64,000 bases of DNA from Trueperaceae bacterium (GTDB taxonomy: Bacteria > Deinococcota > Deinococci > Deinococcales > Trueperaceae): NCBI GenBank assembly GCA_034521815.1, contig JAXHLW010000011.1, positions 32,001 to 96,000 of the forward strand, written 5' to 3'. The position numbers and the translations under genes were made by a program. The notes under the pieces were generated by a model that worked only from the letters and a program-made list of their open reading frames with translations, did not search any database and was not told the origin of the DNA. Every line of letters starts with the position of its first letter. The stretch's first letter is position 1. Below are positions 31,272 to 42,094 of this stretch, in pieces.

Positions 31272-33577
31272 TTGAACGTGAACAGGGGTGTCCTGCATGC
31301 CGTCGTGACAACAGACGGTCGCTGGTTGCAGGTTTCGCCAGCGTTGTCCAGGTTGTTGTGGGGGCCAGGCGGGACCGTGCGTTCCCGCTCGCTGTACGAC
31401 GTGATCCACCCCCGAGTCCGTCGCGTCGATGCGGAGGGTCGTGTCGGGCGCGGGCACGTCGAACGACACCTTCGGGTGCCAGCTGGTGCTGCACGACGGG
31501 TCGACCGTGTGGACGTACGTGCGGCTCGCCCGCGTCCACGACACGGCGGACGAAGCGGCAGACGAAGCGGACGACGAAGCGGCGGGCCAGACGCCCGCAG
31601 GGCGGGCGCACCTTACGTTCTCCTACCCTCTGCTGGCGTCCCGCCTGACGCCCGTCAGGTCCCCGGCGGACGACCGCTTTCGGGCGTTCTTCGAGAACAG
31701 CTTCGATGCCGCGTTCCTCACCGCTCCGGACGGGCGGATCCTCGAGGCGAACCCGGCGGCATCCGCCATGTTCGGCTACACGCTCGAGGAGCTACGCGCC
31801 AAGGGCAGATCGGCCGTCGTCGACACGAGCGATCCGCGCCTCGCCACGATGCTGCGCGAACGGGAGGCGACCGGCGCCACCCGCGGCCACCTGTCGATGC
31901 GCCGCAAGGACGGGTCGCGCTTCGAAGCGGACCTAGCGAGCAGCGTCTACACGGCCCCAGCGGCGAGGCGCGCACCAGCATCATGGTGCGAGACCTGACC
32001 GAACAGATCGAAGCGGAACAGGCCGACCGCCGCGAGACGATCGAGCTGGCCCGGCGCATCGAAGCGCTGACGGTCCAGACCAGCTTCGCGTCCAGTCCAG
32101 CAGCGATCTACCGAGCCCTGCTCGACTTCGCCATGGCCGTGTCGCCCGCCGAAGCGATGCTGATCACCGAACGAGGCGAGAACGGCGCGTCCCTCGTCGA
32201 CGTCTACGCCGGCTGGAACATGGGCGGCGCCTCCTCCGAGGAAGCGCCGCCACGCATACAGTCCGCCGCGCACGATCCCGCGACGCTCGACGCCGTCCTC
32301 AGAGAAGGACGGAGCACGATCGTGGACGACCTTCTTGCCGGATCACGTCCGGGCTTCTCGCCGGTGCTCGGCCCTGCCAGCGTGGCGGAACGCTCCCGCT
32401 CGGCGGTGCTGCTGCCCATGGCGGTCCTCGGCAAGATCGAGGGCATGGTCGAGTTCCGGTCGTCGCGACCCGGCGCGTTCGCCCAGCACCACGTGGCCCC
32501 GCTACGCCTGGCGGCGACCCTCGCAGCGATCAGCGTGAACGACCTTCGGCACCACGAACGCGAGCGGCAGGCCCGAAAGCGGGCCGAAGCCGGCTGGCGG
32601 CACCTCCAGGAGATCGTCGACCAAGCCCCGGTGATGATGGCGACGGCAGGCGGACCGGAGCACGTCTTCACCAGCGCCAACCGGCTGTATATGGAGACGC
32701 TCGGACTCGAGGACATCGTCGGAAAGCGCGTCATCGACGTGCTTCCCGAGATCGAGGCGCAAGGCATCATCGACATCCTCGACCGCGTATACGACACCGG
32801 CGAGCCGTTCGTCGCGAACGGCATGCCGATGGACCTCGACGTTCAGGGAGAGGTCGACGCGGTTCTACTTCAACCTGGTCTACCAACCGATCCGCGACGG
32901 CGACGGCAAGGTCACCGGCATCCTGGCCAACGTGAACGACGTCACCAGCCTGTTCCGAGCCAACGAGAGGCTGCACGCCCTCAACGTCGAGCTACGCGAA
33001 GCGTACGACCAGACCATCCGAAGCTGGGCCCTGGCGCTGGACATCTGGGACGAGGACACCGCCGGCCACAGCCAACGCGTCACCGACCTCACCGTCCGCC
33101 TGGCCACCCGCCTCGGCATCCACGGCGACGACCTCGAGCACGTCCGCCGCGGCGCGCAGCTGCACGACATCGGCAAGATGGCGATCCCCGACCGGATCTT
33201 GTCGAAACCGGGCACGCTCACGCCGGACGAATGGGAGATCATGAAGACCCACACCACCCAGGGCGCACGGTTCCTGGAACCGATCGCCTACCTCCGGCCC
33301 GCCATCGACATCCCCCGCCACCACCACGAACGCTGGGACGGCAGCGGCTACCCGGACGGCCTGGCCGGCGAGGCGATCCCCCTACCCGCCCGGATCTTCG
33401 CCGTCGTCGACGTCTACGACGCGCTCACCAGCGACCGGCCGTACCGCGCGGCGTGGACGCACGAGCAGGCGATCGCGCACATCGAGGCCGGCACCGGCAG
33501 CCACTTCGACCCGCGGATCGCACCGGACTTTCGTCGAGATGATGGCGGACCGCGCCTCCCACGGTATGCGTCAGTAG
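31272..33577 (+). CDS. Multi-PAS/GAF + HD-GYP phosphodiesterase, several frameshifts (start approximate)
   Basis: PAS (ILEANPAASAMFGY, RRKDGSRF), GAF, PAS4; HSQRV, LHDIGK, HHERWDGSGYP, DVYDALTSDRPYR. Confidence 0.82.
31546..31585 (+). repeat. Short coding tandem repeat (ADEAADEADDEA linker)
   Basis: GACGAAGCG core recurring at about 12-bp period, three times. Confidence 0.45.
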
Positions 33578-34582
33578 GTCGGGAGTCCGGAGGCGTTCGC
33601 TTTGACGCCGAACTCCTCGCGGAAGCGCCGCGTGATCTGGTGGAGCGCGTTCAGGCTCAGGGCGTCCCCGTACTCGCCGTCGCACGCCGCGAGCACCTGC
33701 TCGAGCTGCCCGACGTCGTTGATGCTCACCACCGTGCTGGCGACGTCGGGGCGTCAGCGAGAACCGCAGGGCCAGCTCGGTCCAGGACGTGTCCGGCTCG
33801 CCCAGCACGCGCTTCGCCTCCTCGAGCTGGTCGTAGGCGCGGTCCCATTCGGGCCCGTTCATGCGATCACCGGCGGGCAGCGCGGCGCGGTCGATCCGCT
33901 TGTCGGTCAGCAGGCCGCCCATGAGCGGCCGAATGCCGATGAAGCCCGCCCCGCGGCGTCGCAGCTCGGGGAACAGGTCCAGCATCTCCGTCTCGAGGAG
34001 ATCGAAGTAGGCGACGACCCCTTCGAACAGGCCGGTCTCGAGGGCCGCGCGGGCGTACCCGACCGTGTAGGGAAACGTCGCGAGGTGGCCGATCTTGCCT
34101 TCGGACGTCAGCTCCTCGACGACTTCCCCGAGCGGCTCGACGATGCTCGGGAAGGTCGGCCAGCCGCTGCGGCTCGCCCGCCTCCTGGTAGGCCACGCGC
34201 GCGGTCCAGCGCTGCCACGCTGCAGGTGCTGCACCACGGCGATCCGCTCGGCGTGCAGGTCGCGCAGCGCATCCTCCACCTGGGCGCGAAACGCCGCCTT
34301 GTCGAAGCGCTCCTCTCCCCAGTCGGGAACGTTGACCTTGATGACGTGATGCACCTCGTCACGCTTGGGGTAGCGCGCCATGACCTCGCCGGTCGCCCAG
34401 CGGGTCCCGTACTCGTAGCTCGAGTGGACGCAGTTCACGCCGCGCTCGAGCGCCTCCTCCAGCGCATGCATGCCGTTCAGGCTCTTCTCGTCGCGACCCG
34501 GCTCCTTCGCCGCGAAGCGCATCGTGCCGAAACAGACTTCCGACACGCGAAGGTCCGTGCTTCCGAACTGTCGGTACTTCAT
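33571..34582 (-). CDS. Aldo/keto reductase, frameshifted
   Basis: MKYRQFGSTDLRVSEVCFGTM, EGKIGH, RPLMGGLLT, ALRFSL; RBS GAGGAGG. Confidence 0.82.
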
Positions 34583-34598
34583 GGTTCGCCTCCTCGTT

Positions 34599-35639
34599 TC
34601 ACGTCCCGTCGTCGCTGCGCGCGGTGGCTCCGCGCGCCGGGACGGTCGACTGGCGCACTCGTTGACGACCGCGTGCGACCTTCTCACGGTACATGGCCCG
34701 GTCGGCGTGCTCGACGAGATCGTCGACGCTCGTCGCATCGTCGGGATACGTCGCCGACCCGACGCTGATGCCCAGCTCGATGTCGGGCGCCACGGCGAGG
34801 ACGCGCCCCGTCGATCGCCGCTCGGATCCGGCTCGATCACGGTCGCGCTACCGTCGCGGCCCCGGAGGAGGACGCCGAACTCGTCACCACCGAGACGAGC
34901 CACGGTGTCGCCGTCCCGGACGGTGGCGAGAAGGCGGATGGCCACCTCCAGGAGAACCGCGTCGCCGACCGAATGACCGTACCTGTCGTTGACCGCCTTC
35001 ATCCCGTCCAGATCCGCCATGAGCACCTGACAGAACACGCCCTCGCGGTCGGACGCGATCCAGGACGAGAGGCGGTCACGGAAGAACGCCCGGTTCGCCA
35101 GGCCCGTCAGGTCGTCCCGCGTGGCGCGACGGAACAGCTCGTTGCCCTGTACGGCCGTGGCGTGGTGAAGCGCCGCGGCGATCAAGCCGGACATGAGCTC
35201 CAGCAACGCCACGTCCTCCGAGGCGAAGGCGTCGGCACGGGCGGCATAGACCTTCAGGACCCCGACCGGGCTCTCGCTGTACAGTGAGCGGTACCACGAC
35301 CATCGAGATAGCGCCCACCTTGCGGGCCGCGACCAGGTCGACCCGCGGATCGGTCGCCGCGTCGTCGCAGACCAGGGTGACGCCCTCGCGCACGCACCGC
35401 CCGGAGAGGCTGGTGGCGGCGTCGAGGCGCAGACCCAGGTGCGGCTCGGCCGTGCCGGCGACCGCCCGGTACACCATCTCATCGCCTTCGAGCAGCTCGA
35501 CGGCAGCGCCGTCCGCCTCCGTCAGCGTCAACGCTCGCTTCGCCACGACGTCCATGACGCCGTCGAGATCCAGTCCCAGCCGAGCGATGCTCGTCTGCGT
35601 CTCGATCACGGCCAGAAGCTGATCGGTGGTCGGCTGCAT
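34599..35639 (-). CDS. GAF-domain diguanylate cyclase, frameshifts near 35280 and 34810
   Basis: GAF (GAAVELLEGDEMVYRA), DDLTGLANR, DLDGMKAVND, RDGD, GGDEF, ADRAMY. Confidence 0.83.
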
Positions 35640-35732
35640 GCGAAATCCCTCCGAACGTCGCGAGTCTACCCAGCGGCCATCGGGTACGCTCGTCGTCCTG
35701 TGCACGTCCAGCGGCCCGGTCTTCGTGGGCGG

Positions 35733-36047
35733 TCAGCCGACCAGCCTCAGCCCGACGATGCAGACGATGAGGCCCGCCAGCAGCGCGATCTTCACGAGCG
35801 ACACCGCATCGGTGCCGGTCGCCATGCCGTACGCGACCGTGAGCGCTGCACCGACGCCGACCCAGACCGCGTACGAGGTGCCGGTCGGCAAGCTCCGCAT
35901 CGCGTACGCCAAGCCCGCCATGCTCGCGCTCAACGCGACGAAGAAGACGACGCTCGGCCCCATGCGCGAGAAGCCCTCGGACCGTCCGAGCGCCGTCGCC
36001 CAGACGGCCTCCAAGACGCCGGACACCAGAAGCACGAACCATGCCAC
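35733..36047 (-). CDS. gdx: SMR-family transporter, Gdx (SugE) guanidinium-exporter subtype
   Basis: 104 aa, 4 TM; G10, E13, W16, S42, Y59 and W62 at the positions diagnostic of Gdx. Confidence 0.8.
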   Translation of the reverse strand: MAWFVLLVSGVLEAVWATALGRSEGFSRMGPSVVFFVALSASMAGLAYAMRSLPTGTSYAVWVGVGAALTVAYGMATGTDAVSLVKIALLAGLIVCIVGLRLVG

Positions 36048-36058
36048 CTGACCGACCC

Positions 36059-37351
36059 TCAGCTCTCGGAGAACCGGAACGGCAACGCTTCCAGCACCCG
36101 CGCGTAGTTCGCCAGCAGCGTCTCCTCGTCGTCCGCCCCCAGCCATAGCTGCGCGACGGCGTAGCTGTAGCTGTCCTGCTCCGGTAGCTCGCTCAGGCGC
36201 ATGCCTTCGCGCACCTGCACGGCGATGCGGGTACCGGGCACCAGCGCTTCGGCGGCTCGGGTCTCGGCCGGCGTGGGGCAGCGTTCGACCGTCGCGTCGC
36301 CGGTGAACACGCGATGGAAGAAGTTCGCCGACACCGCGTACTCGCCCTCGCGGTGCGGCATGGCGGGGCGCCGGCCCAGCCCCAGGTCCACGGTCACCTG
36401 CTGATGGCTCAGCCCGTCCACCTGCTCGAACAGGTCGCAGTGGTCCTTCGCGATGCGCGTGTTGATCTCCAGGAGCCAGACGTGATCCTGCACCTCGTCC
36501 CAGAAGAACTCGATGTTGAACGCCGCATCGTCGTAGCCGACGTGCGTCATCACGCGGCGCGCGAGCTCGCGCATGCGCGCCTGCACCGGCTCCGGCAGCC
36601 GGGACGGGTAGAGGTAGTGGAAGAAGCTCAACACGTGCGGGTAGCGGATGGAATCCACGATGCCGTAGGCGACGACCTCGCCGTCCTGCACGTACCCCTC
36701 CAGCGTGCACTGCCAGCCGCCGATCATCTGCTCGGCCATGCAGGCGTGCCCCGCCACCGCACGGATTTCGGCGGGAAGCTCGGCCTGGGCCAGCACGTGG
36801 TCGAACGGCTCGGCGATCGAACGGATCCCGGCGCGAAGGCGCTCGATCGCCACCGCGAAGTCCTCCGGGCTGTCGATGCGGAACCCGAGCCAGGAGCCCG
36901 ACGATTTGACCGGCTTGACGAAGAACGGGAACGAGAGGCCAGCCGCGCCGATCCGGTCGAGGACGTCGTCGTCGAACGGGTCGAACCAGGTGAAGCCGGG
37001 GACGGCTTCTGGAATCACCTCGCGCTGGGCGAGACGGCTCCAGTACTTGTGCTGGCACTTCAGCAGCGCCTCGAGCCGCACCGAGCGGACGCCGAACCGC
37101 GGGCACAAGAACGGCAGCATGGTCGAGACCGGGAAGTCCATATAGCCGATGATCGCGTCGACCGTTCCCGCCTCGCCGGCGATCCGCGCCTCGGCTTCCG
37201 CCAGCATCGCCTCGATGTCCCATTCGTCCGTGTCGTAGATGGCGGCGGGGTCGATGACGCCGTGGAAGGTCACGTCCTCGACCCCCCGCAGGCGTTTCAG
37301 GCGCTCGTGGTTGAGATCGTTGAGGCCGACGACGAACACGTTCTTGGGCAT
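36059..37351 (-). CDS. Stand-alone ATP-grasp ligase of unknown substrate
   Basis: HKYWSR, PFFVKPVKSSGS, EQMIGG, NIEFF..LLEINTR ATP-grasp motifs; RBS GAGGAG. Confidence 0.85.
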   Translation of the reverse strand: MPKNVFVVGLNDLNHERLKRLRGVEDVTFHGVIDPAAIYDTDEWDIEAMLAEAEARIAGEAGTVDAIIGYMDFPVSTMLPFLCPRFGVRSVRLEALLKCQHKYWSRLAQREVIPEAVPGFTWFDPFDDDVLDRIGAAGLSFPFFVKPVKSSGSWLGFRIDSPEDFAVAIERLRAGIRSIAEPFDHVLAQAELPAEIRAVAGHACMAEQMIGGWQCTLEGYVQDGEVVAYGIVDSIRYPHVLSFFHYLYPSRLPEPVQARMRELARRVMTHVGYDDAAFNIEFFWDEVQDHVWLLEINTRIAKDHCDLFEQVDGLSHQQVTVDLGLGRRPAMPHREGEYAVSANFFHRVFTGDATVERCPTPAETRAAEALVPGTRIAVQVREGMRLSELPEQDSYSYAVAQLWLGADDEETLLANYARVLEALPFRFSES

Positions 37352-37420
37352 GGCACGCTCCTCGGGTGGCGCGGCGCCGGTGGCCGGCGCCACCGGAAGG
37401 GTGCGGTCGATACCGGCCGC

Positions 37421-40043
37421 TCAGTCGGAGGTCGGGGCCTTCGTCCGGAAGGTGCGGCCCTTCAGCCGCGCGATCGTGCCGTCGATGTCGTCCACGAGAA
37501 GCAGGAGCAGATCGCCGGGAGCCGCGGCGTCCATGGCGCGGCCGATGGCCGCGTACTCGTCCATGACGAACTCCACGCGGGCGCACCCGGCTCGGGAGGC
37601 GCCCCGCGCCATCAGCTCGGCGGACTCGCCGACGCGCCGGCCGCGCGGGTCCGTCTCGCACACGAAGAGCTCGTCGCACATCGCGGCCAGATGCGCTCCC
37701 AACGCCTCCAAATCCTCGTCCCGCCGGTTGCCCGGCGCGCTGGCCACACCGATGCAGCGTTCGACCGTCAAGCCCCGGACGAGCGGCTCGAGGGCCCTGA
37801 TGGCGGGCACGTTATGCCCGTAATCGAGGAGACAGCGCACGCCGTCGGCCTCGATGAGGTTGGTGCGTCCGGGCAGCTGCGTGGGCGTGGGATGGAAGGT
37901 CTGCAGGCCCATGCGGATGTCGCCCAGGGTGAGCCCCAGCGCGTGCCCGGCCGCCGCGGCGGCCATCGCGTTCTGGACGTTGAACGGGGCGTGGCCTTCG
38001 AACGCGATCGGTACGTCGTTCACGTCGACGATCTCCGCCTCGACGCGCCCCTGCCGCATCACGATCCGCCCAGAGGCCACGGTGAAGACGGTGCCGTGAT
38101 CGGCGACATGACGGGCCAGGACGTCGGCGTCCGGATCCAGCGAGAAGTAGACGATGCGGCCACGCGACCACGGGACGCCGTGCTCCATCACGCGTGGATC
38201 GTCCGCGTTGAGGACGCAGGTGCCCTCGGGCTTGACGGCGTCCACGACGACGGTCTTGCAGCGGGCGAGCTCGTCGAGCGTCTCGATGTCGCGCTCCCCC
38301 AGGTGATCGCTGTCGATGTTCAGCAGGACGCCGACGTCGCAGGCGTCGAAGCCGAGCCCCCGCCGCATGATCCCGCCCCGGGCGACCTCCAGGACGGCGT
38401 GATCGACGGTGGGCTCGCGCAGCACCACGCCGGCCGCCATCGGTCCCGAGTAGTCGCCGCGCATGACGATGTGATTGTCGATCTCGATGGTCCCCGTGCA
38501 GGCCAACCCCACCTGGCGCCCCGCCTGGCGCAGCAGGTGCGCCAGCAGCCGCGACGTGGTGGTCTTGCCGTTGGTTCCGGTGATGGCGGTGATGGGGATG
38601 CGGCCGTCGTCCGCGGGGTCCGGGAAGAGCATGTCCACCACGGCCTCGCCCACCGGCCGGCCGGCGCCGTGCGTCGGCGCCATGTGCATGCGGAAGCCGG
38701 GACCGGCGTTGACCTCCACCACCCCCGCCGACTGCGCCTCGAGCGGCTCTGCGAGCGTCTCGGCCAGCAGGTCGATGCCGATGATGTCCAGTCCGATCAG
38801 GCGCGCGATGCGTTCGGCGGCGTACACGACCTCGGGATGCACGTCGTCGGTGCGGTCGGTCGCGGTGCCGCCCGTGGACATGTTGGCGGTCGACTTGAGC
38901 CACACGACCTCGCCCTCGGGGATCACGTGGCCGAACGTCAGGCCCGCTTGGGCGACCAGGCGGGTCGTCTGCTCGTCGATGTGGATCTGCGTGAGCAGGT
39001 TCTCGTGTCCCACGCCTCGGCGCGGGTCGGCGTTCTCTTGGTCGATCAGCTCCTGCAGGGTCGCGGCGCCGTCGCCCACCACGTGCGCCGGCCGTCGCCT
39101 GGCGGCGGCGACCAGCTTCCCGTCGATCACCAGCAGCCGGTGGTCCTCGCCCCGGATGTAGCGCTCGACGACCACGGCGTCGTGACGCTGCCGGGCGGCC
39201 TCGAACCCTACCGTGAGCGCCTCGGGCGTGCCGATGTCGGTCGAGACGCCACGCCCGTGGTTCCCGGAGAGCGGCTTGGTGACGACCGGATAGCCGATCG
39301 CCTCCGCCGCCGCCAGCGCCTCGGCCAGGTCGTAGCAGATGCGGCCCTCCGGCACGGGGATGCCGGCGTCCCGGAGGATCTGCTTCGTCCAATCCTTGTC
39401 GTCGGCGATGGAGGTCCCCAGGATGTTGGTGCGGTTGGTGACGGTCGCCTGGAAGCGCTGCTGCTTCGTGCCCTGACCGAGCTGGATGTAGCTGGTGTCG
39501 CTGGTCCAGTCGGTAGTGGGGAATGCCGCGTCGCTTGGCGGCGTCGACGATCGCGCCCGTCGACGGTCCCAGCATGTTGGCGTCGCGCACCGCCTTGAGG
39601 CGGTCGATGACCGGCTCCAGGTCGACCACCGCGCCGTCGAACAGGGCCCGCACCAGCGCGACCGCCTCCTCCCCCGCGGCGAGCCCGCAGGCCTCGTCAC
39701 GGTAGCGGTAGACGACGTTGTAGACGTTCGGCTCGTAGCTGTCGACCGTCTTGCCGTAGCCGACGGAGAAGCCGATCATGTTCTGCAGCTCGATCGCCAG
39801 ATGCTCGACGACGTGACCCGCATACGTTCCCATCGCCACGCGCTGCAGGAAGCCGCCCGGCGTCCCGATCGAGCATCGGTGCTCGTAGATGCCGGGCATG
39901 AGCGCACGAAGGCGATCGGGCAAGCCCGGCACCATGTCGCTGGTGCGATCGTGCAGGTTCTCGATGTCCAGCCGCAGGTAGATCGCCGGATACCGGCTGT
40001 AATAGTTGGGACCGCGCAGGGCGCGGTGCTCGAGGATCTTCAT
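37421..40043 (-). CDS. cphA: Cyanophycin synthetase (CphA1-type, about 874 aa), single frameshift near 39510
   Basis: LRGPNYYS, C-x19-HVVEH, LGPSTGAIV, IQLGQG, KPLSGNHGRG, EVNAGPGFRMH, ITGTNGKTTT, EVARGGIMRRGL, DYGHN. Confidence 0.94.
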
Positions 40044-40056
40044 TCCTTCTTCGATA

Positions 40057-40902
40057 TCACGCCGGATCGTCTTCGTGAGGTACGGGCCACTCATCGTGTG
40101 CGTGAATGAAGGCGCGCCGCTTCACGTCGTAGCCATAGCCACTGGCGAGTGCGTGCATGATCACGTGCTCGACCGCGACCGGCTCGCCCACCTCGAGATC
40201 GACCACGTTCGTGTGGCGCAGCTGGCTGCTGTCCACGACGATCACCAGGCCCGGCCCGACCGCCTCGAGCACGGGGCCGGGATGGATCACCACGGCGGCG
40301 TCTTCCCCGATGCCCACCCCGACGTACTCGGGGTTGGTGGTGCCCACCTCCATCAGCCGCGTGAAGCGGCCACGTTCCAGGAAGTGGCTGTCGATCACGA
40401 TCCCGCGCGCGAAGGCCAGGCCCGCCGCCATCTTCACCGCGCCCTTGCGGAGCGCGTTGGCGGCGTCGCCGTCGTAGATCATGGTGGCCGTCAGCGCCGC
40501 AGCGCCCGCGCTGGTCCCGGCGACCACGGCGCCTGCGGCATGGCGTTCACGGATCGCCGTCAGGAACGGCGATCCGCCGAGAACGTTGGTGAGCCGCAGC
40601 TGATCGCCGCCACTGATGAAGATCAAGCCGCACGCGTCGAGGATCGCCAGCTGCGCCGGGTCGTGGGCCGCCGCCCGGTCGGGCACGTCCAGGTGGTGCA
40701 CGGCCCGTGCGCCGAACGCCTCGAAGGCGTGGAGGTAGGCGGAGAAGGCGTCGGCGGGATAGCGGCTGGCGGTGGTGATCACGCCGACATCGAACGGCTC
40801 TCCGGGCACGAGGTCGAGGACGCGCTTGAGCACGGCCGACTCGGTGGTCCGGTCCTCGGCGCCGCCGATGGCGATCAGGGCACCGCTCTTTGGAGGGGTC
40901 AT
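40057..40902 (-). CDS. cphB: Cyanophycinase
   Basis: IGGAED, GGDQLRL, catalytic GTSAG, IDSHFLERGR, GIGED; adjacent to cphA. Confidence 0.94.
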   Translation of the reverse strand: MTPPKSGALIAIGGAEDRTTESAVLKRVLDLVPGEPFDVGVITTASRYPADAFSAYLHAFEAFGARAVHHLDVPDRAAAHDPAQLAILDACGLIFISGGDQLRLTNVLGGSPFLTAIRERHAAGAVVAGTSAGAAALTATMIYDGDAANALRKGAVKMAAGLAFARGIVIDSHFLERGRFTRLMEVGTTNPEYVGVGIGEDAAVVIHPGPVLEAVGPGLVIVVDSSQLRHTNVVDLEVGEPVAVEHVIMHALASGYGYDVKRRAFIHAHDEWPVPHEDDPA

Positions 40903-40983
40903 CGGTCGTCACGATAGCCCGGACGGCGGGCCGCGGTGGTATGCGACGCGCTAGAGCGCACGACGGGTCGGTCCAGGCACGGC

Positions 40984-41818
40984 TCATTCGATGACGCGGT
41001 GGAGAAAGCCGTCCTTCCCTTTCCGCTTCACCTCGTACATGAGCTCGTCGGCCTGCACGATCGCCGCGGACGGATCGTCAGGAGGGCTTGCGAAGGTGAG
41101 GACCCCGACGCTGAAGGTGACGGGATAGCCTTCGTCTCGCGTCGCGCTCCGCAGCGCCTCCGACAGACGTTCGATCGTGGCGCGTGCGTTTTCCGGCCCG
41201 GTTTCGGGCAGCAGGAGCATGAACTCGTCGCCGCCTAGGCGACCAGCGAGATCGACGTCCCGCACGTGCTCCTGAAGCGTGCGTGCGATGCGCTGCAGCA
41301 GCCGGTCGCCGGCCTGGTGGCCGTACGTGTCGTTCACCGCTTTGAAGTCGTCGATGTCGATGTACCCGATCGTGAGGGGGTGGACGTAGCGTTGCGCCCT
41401 CTCTACCTCCCGCACCAGGTTCTCGAGGAACCAACCGCGGTTGGCGAGTCCGGTGAGATTGTCGGCTGCGGCTATGCACCTCGGCAAGGGCGAGCTGGGT
41501 GCGAAGCTCCCCGACCAGCCAGGCGACCAGTGCGAGCGTGGAGAGGCGCATGACGAGGTTCCAGGCCGGGAGGAGTTCGGAGCTCGACTTGGGAAGGTAC
41601 GGGACGTGGGCGACCGTCCAGATGACCGCACCGATCGCGGCCAGCGTCATGCCCGCGGTCCGCGGGCCGCGCCAGCTGGCGATCAGCACCGGCAGGACGT
41701 AGAAGCTGGAGTAGGCCAGGTCCGGATCGGTGACGAGATCGATGAACCCGACCGCTGCCACGATCACGACCGCAGCGCCGACGACCAGCCACGCCGGAGC
41801 GTTCGCGATGGACGTCAT
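40984..41818 (-). CDS. Membrane-bound (about 4 TM) diguanylate cyclase, frameshift near 41470
   Basis: FYVLPVLIASW TM sensor; DNLTGLANR, DIDDFKAVND, RDVD, GGDEF. Confidence 0.85.
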
Positions 41819-41899
41819 GACTCGACGGCTCAGAACGTGCGACTCCAGCTGTCCGGCCAGCGCTCGATGCCGATGTTGCCGGCGTCGGCGCGATACCGG

Positions 41900-42030
41900 A
41901 AGGCGCGTACCGGAGGCGCGGGCCACGGAGGCGACCTCGATCAGCACCTGTCCCGTCCGACCCGTGGCTCGGGCACCTCGCCCAGCTCGACGTGCCCCGG
42001 TCCTCCTGCGACGTTCATGACGGCCTGCAC
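41900..42030 (-). pseudogene. N-terminal remnant of a zinc-binding (MDR) dehydrogenase
   Basis: RBS GAGAGG, then VQAVMNVAGGPGHVELGEVPEP../GQVLIEVAS; homology stops before the GxCGxD motif. Confidence 0.45.
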
Positions 42031-42094
42031 ATTGAGCCACCTCTCGATCGTCCGTCACGATAGCGCAGCCGCTGGCCGCCGCCCTGTCCTCGGC

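Noticed and set aside
12793-41818. Possible 3',3'-cGAMP signalling (Hypr GGDEF or cGAMP-specific HD-GYP)
   Set aside because: All cyclases keep the Asp in GHxxGD and both HD-GYPs have RPY(K/R), consistent with ordinary c-di-GMP specificity.
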